7,821 nucleotides of DNA. Origin: Leidyana gryllorum EB-2025a. Taxonomy: Eukaryota > Protista > Apicomplexa. A program made the position numbers and the translations under genes. Under the pieces are notes generated by a model that worked only from the letters and a program-made list of their open reading frames with translations, ran no database searches and was not told the origin of the DNA. Below, piece by piece: positions 5,856-7,821 of this stretch (position 1 is the first letter of the stretch; every line of letters begins with the position of its first letter). The stretch lies in NCBI GenBank assembly GCA_048772705.1, contig JBLWGC010000225.1:1-7821 (forward strand), read 5' to 3'.

Positions 5856-5914
5856 CTAGTGGTCACGACGTCTGCTTCACACGCAGAAGCTCCCGACTTC
5901 AATCCTCGGAACCA
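5855..5914 (+). pseudogene. tRNA-Val(CAC) fragment lacking the 5' acceptor strand, fused to Gln
   Basis: TCTAGTGGTCACGACG-TCTGC-TTCACAC-GCAGA-AGCTC-CCGACTTCAATCCTCGG. Confidence 0.8.
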
Positions 5915-5949
5915 GGGGAGACAATCTTAAGCGAAACCAACTAAGTGTG

Positions 5950-6020
5950 CTCCGAGACCGGGAATCGATCTTGGTTTTCCGCGTGATAGGCGGAAATACT
6001 AACCGCTATACTATCTCGGA
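5950..6020 (-). pseudogene. tRNA-Asp pseudogene (anticodon GTC>ATC)
   Basis: Acceptor and anticodon stems intact, loop CTATCAC, T arm broken (ACCAAGATCGATTCCCGG). Confidence 0.85.
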
Positions 6021-6114
6021 CGCTCTGGATACGCTGGCCCCCAACCCCAGAAGTTCTTCTATTTTGAGATTCCACGGATAGAAAACGCGTGGAGCGGCGA
6101 GCCAACAACATTTC

Positions 6115-6194
6115 GGCAAGATGGCCGAGTGGTCCAAGGCGCTGTGTTCAGGCCGCAGTCCGAAACGGCGTGGGTTCGAATCCCACTCTTGACA
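6115..6194 (+). tRNA. trnL: tRNA-Leu(CAG)
   Basis: GGCAAGA/TCTTGAC-A (one G:A), CTGTG-TTCAGGC-CGCAG, long variable arm, GTGGG-TTCGAAT-CCCAC. Confidence 0.88.
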
Positions 6195-6254
6195 GCCGTT
6201 GTGTGGGCAGTCGGTCAGCCACTGGATGCAATAGGTCTTCCATGTAGTGCGGAT

Positions 6255-6327
6255 GGGCGACTAGCTCAAATGGTAGAGCGCTCGCTTAGCATGCGAGAGG
6301 TACTGGGATCGATGTCCAGGTCGTTCA
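6255..6327 (+). tRNA. trnA: tRNA-Ala(AGC), variant
   Basis: CTCGC-TTAGCAT-GCGAG, G3:U70 kept; C61>T and C71>T give G:U pairs. Confidence 0.85.
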
Positions 6328-6427
6328 AAGTGCGTATGGCTACACGTGGCGGGAGTCACTCTGAAGGGTCGCAGACCACGGTGCCATTGCGAGAGCAGGG
6401 CAGTCAGTGTCTGGGGTGCCTCTGAAA

Positions 6428-6500
6428 CGGTCCTGGCAGGTTTCGAACCTGCGACTTTGTGGTTAACAGCCACACGCTCTGCCAACTGAGCTACAAGACC
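6428..6500 (-). tRNA. trnN: tRNA-Asn(GTT)
   Basis: GGTCTTG/CAGGACC-G, TGTGG-CTGTTAA-CCACA, GCAGG-TTCGAAA-CCTGC. Confidence 0.95.
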
Positions 6501-6645
6501 CAGCTACAATGTTTCAGAGGTTGGTAGAGACACCCTCCTCTTTCTACAACAGGATTCTGCAACCCCTTTGTTGTAGGTTCACGCGACAGACCACGTCTTG
6601 TCAAGAGGGTACGGCTCTCGGCGAAAGCTGCAGCTGAGGGAGTTG

Positions 6646-6732
6646 TCCACTGTAGTCTAAGTGGCTAGGATATGCGGCTCTCACCCGCACGATCGGGCCG
6701 TGCATACCCAGGCCCGAATCCTGGCTTGGATA
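6646..6732 (+). pseudogene. Truncated tRNA-Glu(CTC) joined to the 3' half of another (His-like) tRNA
   Basis: 6646-6694 identical to the Glu 5' two-thirds; then GCACG-ATCGGGC-CGTGC, ATAC, CCAGG-CCCGAAT-CCTGG. Confidence 0.75.
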
Positions 6733-6853
6733 GTATGTACCCGATGTCTCGAATGGGAGATGTGGGTGAAGTCTGCCCAGACCCACCATCGGGCGTAGCT
6801 CCCCACGTCCTCTCTTGATCGCTACACACTTCCATTTGACGGCTCTGCTAGTC

Positions 6854-6926
6854 GGCGCTATGGCCTGATGGATATGGCATCGGTCTACGGAACCGGGGAT
6901 TCTGGGCTCGAGTCCCAGTAGTGTCT
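6854..6926 (+). tRNA. trnR: tRNA-Arg(ACG), possibly degenerate
   Basis: GGCGCTA/TAGTGTC-T, TCGGT-CTACGGA-ACCGG, CTGGG-CTCGAGT-CCCAG; C at position 54 and G at position 14 deviate from consensus. Confidence 0.82.
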
Positions 6927-7028
6927 GGGCGAGTGGTCGGGTTCCAGCCCCTCACTGTCCTTGTGGTGGATACAGCATCCCCGTACACCCTTTTGACAGG
7001 AGGAGATGCATCGAGAGAAGTTCCACTA

Positions 7029-7101
7029 GGGAGTGTAGCGCAGTCGGTAGCGCGTAGGTCTCATAATCCTGAAGTCGAGAGTTCGATCCTCTCCACTCCC
7101 A
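7029..7101 (+). tRNA. trnM: elongator tRNA-Met(CAT)
   Basis: GGGAGTG/CACTCCC-A, TAGGT-CTCATAA-TCCTG with U31:U39, TTCG T loop and G1:C72 (not initiator features). Confidence 0.93.
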
Positions 7102-7145
7102 CGGTCGAAATCGAAACCGCCGACAAACTCATCTTGCTATCATTT

Positions 7146-7216
7146 TGCATCTGTCGCGAATCGCACACAGGTTATCTCGATGGCAGCGAGCGACTCTTCC
7201 ACTAGACCACAGATGC
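7146..7216 (-). pseudogene. tRNA-Gly(GCC) pseudogene
   Basis: Acceptor GCATCTG/CAGATGCA intact, GCC anticodon kept, T arm and D arm 3' side decayed. Confidence 0.85.
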
Positions 7217-7281
7217 AGAACACGATCTTGTGATTCTTGTGGGTGGTGACAGCCATTCCTCTTAACCTAATGATGCATCAA

Positions 7282-7353
7282 AGCCTTCTGCCGGAATCGA
7301 ACCGGCGACTTCTCGGTGACGAAGCGAACGCTCTGCCCCTAAGCTAAGAAGGC
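7282..7353 (-). tRNA. trnT: tRNA-Thr(CGT), anticodon arm damaged
   Basis: GCCTTCT/AGAAGGC-T, perfect T arm; TTCGC-TTCGTCA-CCGAG has C37 and a C31:C39 mismatch. Confidence 0.75.
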
Positions 7354-7428
7354 AATGTAAGCCGGGTATAACGAAAAATCGCTATAGACGTAGATTAGTG
7401 GAGCACTTTGCTAGAGTAGTTCACTGAC

Positions 7429-7501
7429 TTCCGCTGCCGGGGTTTGAACCCGGATCGTGGGGGTGAAAGCCGCATATCCTAGCCACTTAGACTACAGTGG
7501 A
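7429..7501 (-). tRNA. trnE: tRNA-Glu(TTC), mildly degenerate
   Basis: Loop CTTTCAC; one acceptor and one anticodon-stem mismatch versus 3049. Confidence 0.75.
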
Positions 7502-7608
7502 CGAGTGGTTGAGTTGGGGCTTCGGCCGAGAGCCGTACCGTCTTGGAAACGCTCCACCTCAGATCAAGAGGGTACGGCTCTCGGCTAAAGCTGCAGCTGA
7601 GGGAGTTG

Positions 7609-7681
7609 TCCACTGTAGTCTAAGTGGCTAGGATATGCGGCTTTCACCCGCACGATCCGGGTTCAAGTCCCGGCAGTGCAA
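7609..7681 (+). tRNA. trnE: tRNA-Glu(TTC)
   Basis: TGCGG-CTTTCAC-CCGCA, perfect T arm; C2:C71 mismatch. Confidence 0.85.
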
Positions 7682-7757
7682 GTCATTGGACCATTCGAGC
7701 AAAGTGCTCCAGTAACCTCCGTCAATAGTGACTGATGCGTGATTTCCAGCTAATATT

Positions 7758-7821
7758 GCCTTCTTAGCTTAGGGGCAGAGCATCGCTTAGTAAGCGAAAG
7801 GTCGCCGGTTCGATTCCGGCA
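7758..7821 (+). tRNA. trnT: tRNA-Thr(AGT), 3' end cut by window edge
   Basis: Copy of 3198-3269 with a 1-nt deletion at the top of the anticodon stem. Confidence 0.8.

Larger units (their letters stand above)
5950..6194 (-). repeat. Inverted paralog of 807-1052 and 4888-5133 (Leu, Asp)
   Basis: Spacer TTTTGAGATTCCA.GGATAGAAAACGCGTGGAG is the reverse complement of about 907-939. Confidence 0.9.
7549..7821 (+). repeat. Direct paralog of 2989-3262 (Glu, Thr cassette)
   Basis: Shared leader CTCAGATCAAGAGGGTACGGCTCTCGGCTAAAGCTGCAGCTGAGG and Glu-Thr spacer; offset 4560. Confidence 0.93.

Noticed and set aside
298-6327. RIP- or methylation-type directional mutation
   Set aside because: Several C>T and G>A changes are visible, but the contexts are mixed (CpG, CpA, CpT) and transversions are common; this needs a counted mutation spectrum before any claim
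6931-6952. GTGGTCGGGTTCCAGCCCC, a possible T-arm remnant
   Set aside because: Too short and no matching intact gene in the window to anchor the call
7029-7101. Initiator tRNA-Met
   Set aside because: Has G1:C72, T54 and no three consecutive G:C pairs in the anticodon stem, so it is the elongator
23-7205. All 23 six-frame ORFs (62-116 aa)
   Set aside because: They are short, run across tRNA genes or relics on either strand, resemble each other only because the DNA is duplicated, and show no recognisable protein family
1-7821. CRISPR array or prokaryotic/phage tRNA operon
   Set aside because: No constant repeat with unique equal-length spacers. The tRNAs are on mixed strands, lack CCA and use eukaryote-type A34 anticodons
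1-7821. tRNA-derived SINEs or retroposed copies
   Set aside because: No shared 3' tail, poly-A, CCA or target-site duplications; upstream flanks are co-duplicated with the genes

Overview
This window has no credible protein-coding gene. It is a very dense eukaryotic (nuclear, Pol III-type) multi-isotype tRNA gene array. I find about 55 tRNA-derived loci on both strands in 7.8 kb: roughly 25-30 fold as full cloverleafs and the rest are pseudogenes, halves or chimeras. Eukaryotic origin is supported by A34 anticodons (Ser-AGA, Ile-AAT, Ala-AGC, Thr-AGT, Val-AAC, Arg-ACG), no encoded 3' CCA, and the GATCG T-loop of tRNA-Ala. The exact taxon cannot be called from the sequence alone. The array is a mosaic of direct and inverted segmental duplications of multi-tRNA cassettes of different ages, in which some genes stay identical while their spacers diverge. 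Notable oddities: a tRNA-Ser body with a Phe (AAA) anticodon, anticodon switches between paralogous copies, a Gln-Val fusion, a Glu/His-like chimera, a possible tRNA-Sec-like remnant, a head-to-head Thr-Glu|Glu-Thr palindrome, and few oligo-dT terminators. The supplied ORFs are shadows of tRNA genes and repeats. All calls were made by eye; the boundaries of decayed remnants are approximate.
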